A stretch of 63,805 nucleotides of DNA, the filler included, from Vannella sp. (lineage: Eukaryota): the NCBI GenBank assembly GCA_023345925.1. It is 6 parts of 6 records of this genome, joined end to end, with 100 filler letters (N's around TTAATTAATTAA, not from the genome) between each part and the next. Parts side by side here need not be neighbours in the genome. Positions count along the whole stretch, not along the records: positions 32,053 to 45,851 come from JAJQQN010000202.1; positions 45,952 to 56,496 come from JAJQQN010000230.1; 4 more parts are not named here. The stretch is one strand, 5' to 3'. Both the position numbers and the translations under genes were made by a program. The first letter of the stretch is position 1. Every line of letters starts with the position of its first letter. Positions 34,345 through 45,999 of the stretch are shown here, piece after piece. The notes under the pieces are model-generated. The model was not told the origin of the DNA and did no database searches. It saw only the letters and a list, made by a program, of their open reading frames with translations.

Positions 34345-35403
34345 TTATGAAGGGTTGGATGTTACTATTGAGCGGGCACTTTTACTGCGATTACACAGTG
34401 GATGAGTGGTATCTCCGATACCACAAGTTCCTCTCAAAGTAGAAACCGTGGGAAGAATGTAGCTACATTTGGGGCCGAGTTGTCCAAAACAGCTGTCTCC
34501 AAAGACAATCAGGGTTCCATCCTCCTTGTACACCAGAGAGTGCGATTCACCAGCTACAATCATGCTTATCCTCTTGAGTACACGCAAGGGCTGGAGTTCA
34601 TTGGAAGTGGAGGAAGTGCCCAGCTGGCCTTGCTCGTCACTGCCCCAACTCCAAACACTTCCTTGCTCATCCAAAGCGAGAGCGTGAGAGTATCCACAGG
34701 AGGCTTGTCGCATAGGAGGCAAGCAGGGGATGCTCTGAAATGATGAGTCACCGGTTCGACCTAGCTCGCCTTTGGAGTTGTCCCCAGCTGTATAGACACT
34801 TCCATCCGATCCAATCGCAAGAATGCTTCCGCTGAAAGCTTTCAGACAGCGCAGATGGCCTCGAAAGTGCCCCACAAGTTGAAAAGGAGTCTCTTTCGAG
34901 CTTCCAAGGCCCAGTTGTCCGTTTTTGCTGTTCCCTAGGAGCCAAAGGCAGTCATTGGCCTCTGCAACGAGGAACCTATCTCCACAGGCTACTTTGTATG
35001 CCCATGGGAGACCCTCCACTGGCTTAGGAGTGGAAGAAGCCCAAGGGAGGTCTGATGAACTCGTCCACACCCAAACAACTCCTTCCTTGTCCAACGCGGC
35101 GCTGATCTGGTTTCCTGCTGATATGAGGATGATAATAGGAAGCTCTGGTACTCGCTGGAATGTCAGGAAAGTGCAGGAGGGCCGAGAGAGCCCTGCTTCC
35201 CACACACATCCTTCCTCATCAAGCACCAACGAGTGAGCGCCTCCCCAGTCCACTTGGAACGGTGCAGGACCTTCCCACGGTACCTCTTCGGGATCCCATT
35301 GAGAGTTCGTGTGGCCCAAGCCCAGTTGGCCCGCGAAATTGCACCCAAAAGCCAACAGACCCTCCTTGACCGTTAGAAGGAGCGTGTGCTCACCAAGAGG
35401 CAT
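34345..35403 (-). CDS. RCC1-repeat beta-propeller protein, intronless
   Basis: MPLGEHTLLL..FGCNFAGQLGLGH; colinear with the 30468 copy; ends NRSKSARSIVTSNPS. Confidence 0.9.
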   Translation of the reverse strand: MPLGEHTLLLTVKEGLLAFGCNFAGQLGLGHTNSQWDPEEVPWEGPAPFQVDWGGAHSLVLDEEGCVWEAGLSRPSCTFLTFQRVPELPIIILISAGNQISAALDKEGVVWVWTSSSDLPWASSTPKPVEGLPWAYKVACGDRFLVAEANDCLWLLGNSKNGQLGLGSSKETPFQLVGHFRGHLRCLKAFSGSILAIGSDGSVYTAGDNSKGELGRTGDSSFQSIPCLPPMRQASCGYSHALALDEQGSVWSWGSDEQGQLGTSSTSNELQPLRVLKRISMIVAGESHSLVYKEDGTLIVFGDSCFGQLGPKCSYILPTVSTLRGTCGIGDTTHPLCNRSKSARSIVTSNPS

Positions 35404-35447
35404 GGACAGTATGATGGTGCTGCGCCATTTAATGCCAGTGCATTGAT

Positions 35448-38213
35448 TCAGCCTTTGAATTGACTAACACGGTTCCGGAGGAGTGCCAGAAGGTCGTTAT
35501 GGGACAAAGTGTTTTCCACTCGGTCTTCGCGCATCATGTGAGTGAATTGGAGGTCATTGGCACTGCCTTGCATCACCAAATAGAGGGGAGGAGTGTAGGA
35601 ACGTTGCCGGCGGATCTGTTCTAAGATCTGATTGATCTTGTGAACAGTTGGTCGAGAATCATCCGTTGAAAGTTGCATTCCTGAAGACGCGGATGAGCGC
35701 AAGGAAGGCACATCAAACACCTCTTGCATAAACTCTGGTGCCACTGCATTTCCAATCCACATAAGTAAAAGAGTGGTGCCATCCAACAAGAAGCAGCCAC
35801 CAGACACTAAAGTCTTTCAATCGAGGTTAGAAGTCGCAAGAGATGAAGTTACAACCTACTTGCTGCCTCAGCTTCTGCCAAGGAGGAAGGATTACGTCAC
35901 CGGATTCGTTCCGAGTGCCAGCCATCTCTGACAGGTTGTGAAGGGCGAACATTCGCGGGTAGAGATACAAAGAGAAGTCTCGCAGTGGCATATTACGAAC
36001 CTGGAACCGTTCAGCCAAACGATAATCCACACTACCAGAGTGAGTTGGCTCCAATTCCTGACCTGGAAAGCATACCTTAATGGGTTATCCTTGAGCAATG
36101 GGCTCTTGAGAAGGCATGACTGGTACATTGGATACAAGCGCAAAGCTTCAGGGAGGGCCAAACCTTGTCCAACGTTCTCTCCTGAGTTGAATTTGAAACC
36201 TGTCAAAGGGGAAACACAATCTTCGATGACCTGCTCTCGCACCGACGATAAATCCTGAGACAAACAAGCCTCCATGTATCTGGAACAATTGAGATACACC
36301 AACGCATCCAAATCAATCGCAGCTATCACCTTCCTGTAATTCGAAGAAGTGGGAAGGCGGAGAGAATGAACTCGAATGCGACGTTCCCCAAAGGAAGTGG
36401 TGTATGCCACAACACACTGAATACCAGCGAAACTCTCATCAGGAAGGGAGTCTGCTACCTTGAAATTGGCACAAATCATTGTGTCACATGAAAGACTACT
36501 CAGGCACATGTCTGTCCCATTCTCCAATCGAAAAGAGCCCACAGAATTGACCAATTCGAGGCCTGTTCCAGTTCTGATTCTAATGATTGCGTCGGTTCCA
36601 CTGGTGCGAGTGAGAATTCGGTGGAGCTGCTGATGAAGCTTCAAGCGATCGGTGGCGTAGTCAAATCTAGAATAGAAATACATCTGCCCGCCTGTTGTCT
36701 GACACAGCGGCTTCACTGTTGCTACGTCAATGTAGCTAGAATTGAAAGGGAAAATAAAGTGGTCGTAGCTAATCCGGTACTTGCTGCAATCTCTCGCCAT
36801 ATCCTGGAAGTAGCTGTTTTGGTTCTGATACAGCTCCCTTTCCCTGGAAGTGCCCAACATTTCTGGTTTGAACCGATTCAGAAGACTGGCAGGGGGTGCA
36901 GAAGGTAAAGAGCTTTGCAGAATGATCACTTTCCCTCCAACATTCTTCAGCAGAAGCCCAGTAGTCCGCACCGCAATGGCTGTGCACACTGGAATCTCAG
37001 GATCTTCTTCTATCTCGCAAAGTTGAGGAAGCATCTCCAAGAACTGCTCAATTTGAGCTGCAGAGTTTCGAACAGAAACTAAAAGATTACCAAGAGGCTC
37101 GGTAGGGAGGTTGATGTCTTGGATATCAGGAGTAACATAGATTCTTGGCTTGCTGTAAGACTTATGCAGTCCGTAAAAGCGAATCTCGCGATGGAACGTG
37201 ACGAATCCAAAACGCACGGGACTGTTCCGTGGAAGAGTGCTGATGATAGCCCTCACACTTTCAGCAAAAGCATGAATTATCCCGCTCTTGAAAGCTTGAG
37301 AGCTTGTCTCTAACAGGAAAACAAACGAACCCGGCATGGAGGGTCTTTCCACATACTCTGCTGGGGCCACGTACTCCACACTCCCACAGCAAAGCTCCGC
37401 CCTCTGGTTGACATCCATTCGCAAGCCATCATGTCCGAGAGGTGAGAAGTAGTCTGAGCTAACCGGGTTCACGTGCTGGCAAAGATAGCACACAAACGCC
37501 TTTCCCCCTTCCACAAACTGATCCAGAGAGCTATGGTAGGCTTGGCAACGAGAGCAACGGACAATGCTAGGTCTTGGAGTGATCAATGGAAGCAGAGAGT
37601 CTCCAGGAAGAGCGTCTGCAAGAGGTTGTAGGACAAGACCCAGCGGCACTCCGACCTTAGAGGCCAGCTCTCGGCTGTTAGGGATGCAATACATGGAGGA
37701 CCTCATATAGCGGGGTCCGCAGTTGCCATGATCGAGACATACGAAGTCAGAAGCCGCTGGAGGAGGGATTGGGCTTGACTTAGTGAGGAACTGGAGGATC
37801 TCTCCCGGTCTTTGGTTTGGAATGAGCTGAGTAGGACAAGGAGGCTCCCCTGGCTCTCGGGATGCCCCTCCTGAGCGCAAGGGGTCCGAAAGAGGACCCG
37901 AAAAGGGTGAAGTGGCGGGTGAGAACTGGTACAAAGGAGGAGGAGCCTTGTTTGACAGCTCTGTGAAAGCACTAACACCTTGAGCTTCTCCGGGAACTAA
38001 AGAAGTAGCTCGTCCCTGCTGTTGGGGAGAACTGTGCAAGGAAGAAACAACAGAAGTCTCCCCAACCATCGGAGGAGGGGCGTACCTCCCTCGTGAAGTT
38101 GTGCTATCCACCGGAACAGCTCCAACTTGACTCTCTTGCTCAACAGCAGACAAGTTACCTCCCACAGCACCCGTGGCAAAGGCGAAAGGCGAGGTGACAA
38201 CCCGCCTCGCCAT
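35448..38213 (-). CDS. SEC24: COPII coat subunit Sec24
   Basis: GNCGPRYMRSSMYCIP, Zn finger RCSRCQAY..CYLC, RAELCCGSVEYVAP, GERRIRVH and YLYPRMF; 3' introns. Confidence 0.93.
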
Positions 38214-38290
38214 TCAGACTGAAAGAAAGTGACCCAGACTGTCTACCATAGCTTACATTAGCTACCCGCTGGTGATAACAGGCTTTGGGA

Positions 38291-41200
38291 ATGGGAAGAG
38301 GTCACTCTGTGATGGCCATAGGCGGTCGGCTGGTTTTCCTCGCGCTTCTTCTCTCTGTGGCTTGCCTTCTTCCACTTCAGCAGAAAGCATCCCTCAAAGA
38401 TCTCTGGATAGCGACTTCTGGCCCTTCCTGGACGCAGAACTACCCACCCTGGGACACTGCACAGGACCCTTGCGGTCCTCCAGCGTGGTTTGGCGTCCGA
38501 TGTGACGTTGATAAGGTGAATGTGATAGAGATTGCACTTGACAGTAACAACTTGATTGGTTCTCTGCCGGATCTGCTCCTTCCAGCGCTAACCACGTTGT
38601 AAGAGGAGAGACTTCGTCCCCTCTTCGCGCTGGATCACTCACTGGATAGATTAGGGGCTTGAGTAACAACAAGATCAACGGGAGTCTTCCAGAATGGCCC
38701 AGTTTGAAGAGTCTGGCCACCCTGTGAGTACTCGCTCTCCCCGAAGGCGGATACGCCTTTGAGGGGACCTCTATGGTGAACGTCACTCATCGGTTGCTTG
38801 AAGGAGTCTATCACGCAACGTGATTCAGGGTCCTCTTCCGGAATGGTCCAATCTGGTGAATCTAGTGACCATGTGAGTACTTTCTCTCCTCCTTTGAGGG
38901 CAGAATAGTGCATTGAGATGGCTGATGGGATGTTTGAAGGGACCTTTATGAGAACCAGATCAGCGGAACTCTCCCAGAATGGCTTACTCTGGAGAAGTTA
39001 GAGACTATGTGAGTATTTTCAGTCTTCCTCCTCTTTTTTTGCGGGGACGGGGTCCCCAGTGCCTCGATGTAACTAACCTAATGCTAAAGGACTCTTTACA
39101 CCAACTATATCAACGGAACACTTCCAGAATGGCCCAAGCTGGGGAAATTAGTGACAATGTGAGTGTTTTCATCCCCTTCAATATTGGAGGGGTGCCGCTA
39201 CACTCGATCGGCATGCCTTCTTCGAGTATATAACCCGCTAATGGAATGGTTGCAGGCGCTTGAGAAGCAATCAGTTGACGGGGACTCTCCCAGAGTGGCA
39301 CAATCTTACGGATTTGAACGAAATGTGAGATTGGCTCTTTGACAAAGAGCGCAGTGGTGGTGATACTTGTCATTGGTACTCACCAGATACTTGCAGTTCC
39401 ATGGAACTGAATAGGATTCGTGGGACTCTACCAGAATGGCCCTCTTTGAGTAATCTGTTAACTATGTGAGTAGTTCAGCCAATTGAAGCAATCAGCATTG
39501 ATAAGGAGCCCTCATGAACGATTGAAGGAACCTGAGATTCAACTTGATCAACGGAACTCTTCCGCAGTGGTACAATCTGAAAGAACTGCGCCAATTGTAA
39601 GTACCCTCAGTTGCCAAAGGGTTATGAGACCTCTTGGATAGGTGGCAACGAGCTGATAGAACGATTGCAGCAACTTGGACTTCAACAATATCAGCGGATC
39701 TCTCCACGAATGGCCCCATTTGTCTAATTTACGAGAAATGTGAGCTTTTTCAGCTCGATTCTCGAGAAATTGTGATGGCCAAGACATTAATGGAGTACTT
39801 GCAGATCCTTATTGACCAACAAAATCAACGGAAGTCTACCAGAGTGGTCCAATCTTACAAATCTGAAGCGAATGTGAGTTCTTTCAGACTGTTGGCGGGA
39901 ACCACGATCGTTCTGTCTTTTCAAACGCCTCTTTGATGTCAAGAGATCTCACTCAGTGTTTGAAGGAGACTCAATAACAACCGTATCATCGGAACACTGC
40001 CGTCCTGGTCCAATCTAGTTGCTCTGCAGGCGATGTAAGTAGTTGATGGTCCTCTCCTAGCACGGGCTGGGCAGGGGATAGATTGACCTTCACGGGATAC
40101 CGCTTTGATGATCTCTCACTCACCAGGGCATTTCAGAGCATGCAGATTTAACCAGATAAGCGGAACACTTCCAGAATGGCCCAATCTAGTGGAGCTACAG
40201 CTCGTGTGCGTATCCCTCTCTTCCTTTCGCGCGACGGGCAGCGAAGCATTGGCACCCTTTTGCGGATAAGAACTCATCGAATGACTTTAGAACCCTGGGG
40301 TTCAACAATATCACTGGAACCCTCCCAAATTGGTCCAATCTGAAGGAATTGTCTATCTTGTGAGCATTTTCGTGGAGTCATAATGTGAAGAGCACACCAT
40401 TATGCTATTACTCTATGATTGACAATGCCTTTTCTTACTCACTCCGTTCACAGATTCTTATACCTCAATAGTATTACTGGGACCCTTCCAGAATGGCCCA
40501 ATCTGACCAAAATGTATTCCCTGTCAGTACTTCCTGTTCAATGAGGGCCACTTCATGGCACGGACGCTTGTAGAGCAAAAACTCATATTTCTTAAGGGTC
40601 CTTTACAGTAACAGAATCAGCGGAACTCTTCCAAAATGGCCTAACATGACGAATCTGAAGAATGTGTGAGTTCTCCCACATTTCAGAGAGGTCAGGCAGC
40701 TTTCTAGTTCATTAAGTGCACTCTTTTGATGCAGATTACTAACATAGAACGACTTTAGATCCTTGGATTGGAACTCCATCAGTGGAACTCTTCCAGAATG
40801 GCCCAATTTGATTAGTCTATCTGTGCTGTGAGGAAGGGAAGGAAAATTATCTTGAGGTTCTCACCGATTTAATGAAGCTCCTTGAGAGATAATAGGATCA
40901 GTGGAACTCTTCCTGAATGGCCTAATTTAACAAATTTGTATGCCCTGTAAGTGCTTTCGCTTAAGTCAGAATTTCAAGGTTCCCGCAGTTGTATTTGGAT
41001 CAATCCACTCATTGGCTGTTTGCAGGAATATATATGATAACTTAATCAGTGGAACTCTTCCACAATGGTCCAACATGAAGACCCTGGCCTTTATGTGAGT
41101 CCCTGACTGATTAAGATGCAGATACTAAAATGTGACTATAGTGGCCTATTTAACAACAAGATCACTGGAACGCTTCCAGAATGGCCCTATATGAACTCTC

Positions 41201-44084
41201 TAACGTCCTTGTAAGTATTGGTATCTTGAGTTTGAAAGACATTTAACTCATCGATTGCTTGTAGTAACTTTGCCGAGAACCAGCTCACGGGACAGCTCCC
41301 GGAGTGGTCCAATATGTCGACTCTCAGTTTCATGTGAGGACTCTAATATAGGAGGGATGAAGGAGGCTACTTCGAACTGACGTGTGATTGCAGAAACTTG
41401 TGCCGCAACTCTCTCAGTGGAACTCTTCCAGATTGGCACAATCTGGGAGATCTCCGTGAAATGTAAGATTGATGAGAAGATGTAACATGAGTGCTCGGGT
41501 GATGATGAAACTGATCTAATACTGAAGGATTTTGTTCAACAACGAGATCACAGGGACTCTTCCTGAATGGCCCAACCTTACGAAATTGCAGATAATGTGA
41601 GGACCCAACAATATTCGACCCATCAATTAAGAGATCACTTACAATATTCCAGGGGCCTGCATAGGAACTCTATCAGTGGAACTCTTCCAGAATGGTCCAA
41701 CCTAAGAGATATCGGTCAAATGTAAGTACTGTCACACTTTCATCAACCGACTGAGATCACTCATTTAATGAATTCGTTCAGAATACTCTTAAGCAACCTC
41801 ATCAACGGGACTCTCCCAGAGTGGTCCAGTCTCAGAAACCTTATTTACTTGTAAGCTTTGAAGGGCCTGCCAATGCAATTGTAATCCTGTAGGGTGTTAA
41901 CCGACTGGTTTCAGAGACCTTTCCTTCAACGCAATAAGCGGAGATCTTCCAGAATACTCAAATATGCACCTTTTGAAATTCTTGTGAGTACTTTCAAGTA
42001 CCTTTTTAGCAAAAGCTGGACCGCCAAGTCGGAACACGAGTGCACTTCAGTGAAGGTTTGCTCACAAAATGCCTTCAGATACTTGTCCTCAAACCGTATC
42101 AGTGGCACTACACCAGAATGGGCCAATCTAATTAATCTGTCGGAATTGTGAGTATTCCTCTATCAGATGGCTGCATAGTGGGAGTATCGAATAAGCATGG
42201 GCCATGCATTTTCCTTGAGCTGGAGATTGTTGACTGATTGCTTTCAGAGATTTACATCGAAACAGGATCGTCGGCTCTCTACCAGAATGGAGAAATCTGA
42301 AGAACCTGGTGGACGTGTGAGTCCGCTGCCTCGGGAAAATGGGATCATTGAAGGATCTCACTTATCAGATGGTTGCAGAGACATGAACGGCAACAAGATC
42401 ATCGGACTTCTTCCACAATGGCCCAATATGACAAATCTGGAAATTGTGTGAGTGAAGCTAGAATAGGCCATTCTCTGCATAATCTCTTCTGTATCTTTGA
42501 TGGGAGATTCTCATATAAGGATTATAGGGACCTTGCTGGCAACCAGATCACAGGGACTCTGCCATATTGGAAAGAATTGAAATCTCTTTCGATTGCGTCA
42601 TTTGAAACCAATCAACTTTGTGGAGAATTGCCATATCCTCGTCCACTCAATTTCACTATCTACCTCACTGGCCAGGTGTTTAATTGCTCCCCTCTTCCAT
42701 CCGGTTATGAAGATAGTGGGGCAATCTGTGATAGCGTTAAAGGTATATGTGCCTCAGTATCGCCTTCACCCAGTGCAAGTGTCAGTATGACTGAAACGAC
42801 CACGCAATCTCCAACAAGCACTCTATCATTGACTGGCAGTACAAGTGCAAGTCTCCCTGGATCAATGATACCGAGCCAAACAACCACCCCAGTGGCAAAT
42901 GATCAAAGCCATTTCCCTTTCATCGGGGTGACTATCATTATCATTGTTGTGACGATTGCGTCTTTGATTGCTTGCGCTATTTGCGGGCTTCTTCTTGCTC
43001 GATTTGTTAAGAGGTCCAGAGTATCTTCTTTTGATTACGAACCTCTTGTGAATGTGTCGCTCTCTGAATTCAATGACGTTTCCAGCTTCCTATTCAACCC
43101 AAATGTCCCTTTGATTCCGCCAGGAGAGATTGAAGTTGGCCGCAAGATCGGCAAAGGAGCTACTGGTGTTGTTCGTGCTGGGGTCTGGACTTCAAAGTAA
43201 GCATCTGAGGGAGAACCATTCGCTTTCTTGTACTCAACAGCACCCAGAATCACTGGCTTAGAAGTATTAGTGGCACTGAAAGAGCTCCATCTTGGGATAT
43301 CTGATTTAAATGAAGAGGACCAGGCCCTGTTTATCCAAGAGATTCGACTGATGGATCAATTGGAGCATCCAAATATCGTCCGATCCTTTGGAGTCTCCAT
43401 CACTCAAGACTACTCCTCGCTTGTTCTTGTCTTGGTAAGCTCCCTGCATCCTACTACTAGGCCCGTACTGACTCCCAAGAAGGAATTAATGGAGCAAGGC
43501 AGTATCAAAGGTCTCCTACAGCATCAAGGTCTAACTTTCGAGGTCAAGAAGAACCTAGCCATTGGGGCTGCCTTGGGAATGTAAGAGGCTCCCCTCAAGA
43601 GTGACACCCTCTGACGTTGCACAGAGAATACCTTCACAAGAAACATGTTCTCCACCGAGATGTCAAGCTGGACAACCTCTTGGTGGATGAGCATTGGAAC
43701 TGCAAAGTCACTGATTTCGGGACGTCAAGGATTCTACCCACAGTATCCCGCGCTATGACCTGCACTGGCACTCCCACTTACATGGCTCCTGAAGTGCTCA
43801 CGAAAGAGAAATACTCGGAGAAGGCAGACATCTTCTCCTTTGGCATTGTCCTTTACGAGCTGTTTAGTGGACACCGGGCTTATTCTCTTGAGCCTTACAA
43901 GTCCATGAATGTGGCTGTCCTCAACTCTCGTGTGCTGGCTGGTGCCCGCCCTGCTTTAGATGATCTTCCACTTCAGTTGCATCAGCTTGTGAACGACTGT
44001 TGGAACCAAAAGCCCCAAAGACGTCCTCCCTGGGATGAAATCATCCCTCGTCTTCAAGCCCTCACTCCCAAGGAAGTGAATTAA
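38291..44084 (+). CDS. LRR receptor-like kinase: signal peptide, LRR N-cap, 27 single-exon LRRs plus terminal repeats, Ser/Thr-rich stalk, TM helix, TKL kinase
   Basis: Hydrophobic signal; LWIATSGPSW..WDTAQDPC..WFGVRC cap; repeats LxLxxNxIxGxLPEWxxLxxLxx; TM IGVTIIIIVVTIASLIACAICGLLL; GKGATG/VALK/HRDVKLDN/DFG/GTPTYMAPE. Confidence 0.92.
38655..42447 (+). repeat. Array of 27 phase-2 69-nt exons, each encoding one 23-aa LRR
   Basis: Each unit is AG|69 nt|GT (first 38655-38723, last 42379-42447), with a conserved GGAACTCTTCCAGAATGG-like core and unrelated introns. Confidence 0.9.
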
Positions 44085-44282
44085 ACTTCCTTTCCCCTTC
44101 AGAGAGCATTCAGAGAGTTCAAAGGGAGCTTGAGACTTTCAGTGAGACCTCCTTCGAAGCAGTTTCAGTCTCCCTCAAGAAAGAAGAAGGATGAGATTCA
44201 CTCATTTCCTGGAAATGAAGAACTTTCGTCTCCACCATTCCCACGAGGAGAGGAAACGAGCTTTTCATTTCTTCTTGGGTTG

Positions 44283-45617
44283 ATGTTTCGGGGCGTCTCC
44301 ACCATTCCTTTGAGATGTACCCGGCGTTTGGGAGCTAATGCCAGCTTCACACACCAGAGAGTGGTTGCTTGTCGGACGTATGCGAAGAGTGAGGGAGAGG
44401 GAGAGGAAGGGAGGGGTTGGTGCTCATGCTGGGACAGAGAAGAACACGAACATGGTCTCCAAAGGCTTTTCTATGGATGAGATCGTGGCTGCAGTGGAGA
44501 AGGAGCATGGTAAGGGCTCGCTCATCCGCTTGGGAAACACAATGAAGTCCTACGATCAAGTAAGGCCTCCCATTTCGCCGCCTTCCTTCCTTTGACGCGC
44601 CAATGACAGGAGAACGTGATCTCCTCTGGATCTATCAACCTCGATCTTGCCCTTGGCATTGGAGGCTTCCCACGCGGTCGAGTGTCAGAGATCTACGGGC
44701 CTGAGAGCAGTGGCAAGACGACTCTCGCCCTACACGTGATCGCGCAGGCTCAGAAACTGGGTGGAAAGTGTACCTTTATCGATGCAGAGCACGCTTTTGA
44801 TCCTGTCTACTCCCGCCAGATCGGAGTGAACGTGGATGAGCTCCTCGTCAACCAGCCCGAGCACGGGGAACAGGCCCTACAGATCGCTGACTCTCTCATC
44901 AAGTCCCAAATGATGGATGTCATCGTCATTGACAGTGTGGCTGCCCTCATCCCCAAGTCAGAGCTGGAAGGCAACATTGGGGACCATCACATTGGCGCCC
45001 AAGCTCGTTTGATGAGCCAAGCGCTGCGCTTCCTCACTGCTTCACTCAGCAACTCACCCACCGTGCTGATCTTCATCAACCAGATCCGCCACAAGGTTGG
45101 AGTGATGTTCGGGAGTCCGGAAGTGACTTCGGGAGGGCAAGCCATGAAGTTCTACTGTTCTATCCGCCTTGACGTGCGCCGCGTAGCCACGAACAAGAAG
45201 GGAGAAGAGGCTACGGGGAATCAGATTCGTGTGACAGTAGCAAAGAACAAGCTCGCCCCGCCCTTCCAGAAAGCTCACTTTGACATTGAATTCGGTCGAG
45301 GTATCTCCCGTGCTGGGGAGCTCGTGGATCTGGGTGTCTCTACGGAGGTTCTTGAGAAGTCTGGGTCTTGGTACTCTTACAAGGGAGAGCGCCTCGGACA
45401 AGGACGCGAGAAACTGAAGCTCCTTCTCGAAGAGAATGACGAACTTGCCAATGAATTGGACGTAGCCATCCGTCACCGCCTCTTCCACGCCAAGCAGACG
45501 CCTACGCCGACCATCTCCGACCAAGAAGCAGAGGATTCCGCCCCCGAGGAAGTAACAGTCGAAGAGGAAGAAGAGGAGGAAGCCGTTATCGACGACAGCA
45601 TCGAACCCAAGGAGTGA
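44283..45617 (+). CDS. recA: Bacterial-type RecA with mitochondrial-like presequence, two 5' introns and an acidic tail
   Basis: [55 protein letters not shown] and GSWYSY; N-terminus [16 protein letters not shown]. Confidence 0.95.
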
Positions 45618-45707
45618 ACCCTCTTCTAAACTAGCTAAAACATGCATGCCTCCACTTTCGACTAGTTTGGGAGGGAAGAGGGGTCCAAAGGATCACTTTT
45701 TGTTGGG

Positions 45708-45851
45708 ATGCTCGGCTGGGTGGTGGAGTGGCTCTATCGTTCGGCGACTACGTTGGCTGTGGAGACTCCTGTGGTGGTGGCTGGGCTATTGGGTTTCAGT
45801 GGTGTGGTGTTGCTAGTGCTTTTGGGGGCCATTGGCGCTCTGGCGTACATG
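45708..45851 (+). CDS. Partial hypothetical membrane protein (N-terminal TM), contig-truncated
   Basis: ATG followed by a long hydrophobic stretch that runs into the spacer. Confidence 0.4.
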
Positions 45852-45999
45852 NNNNNNNNNNNNNNNNNNNNNNNNNNNNNNNNNNNNNNNNNNNNTTAAT
45901 TAATTAANNNNNNNNNNNNNNNNNNNNNNNNNNNNNNNNNNNNNNNNNNNNCTCTCCCATTTCTGTTCCGACCTTCTTCTCTCTCCTGCGCTCGCATTG

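Noticed and set aside
38655..42447. Regularly spaced conserved motif with variable spacers, superficially CRISPR-like
   Set aside because: Units are degenerate at synonymous positions, bounded by AG/GT, and translate as LRRs; no cas genes are present and the context is eukaryotic
44616..45617. RecA, EF-P and beta-carbonic anhydrase as signs of bacterial contamination
   Set aside because: All have spliceosomal introns, and RecA and EF-P also have organellar-type presequences
45054..45647. Long antisense or alternative-frame ORFs (e.g. 45054-45647, 52766-53404, 16812-17426, 62048-62845)
   Set aside because: Shadows of real genes on the other strand or frame, with no recognisable motifs
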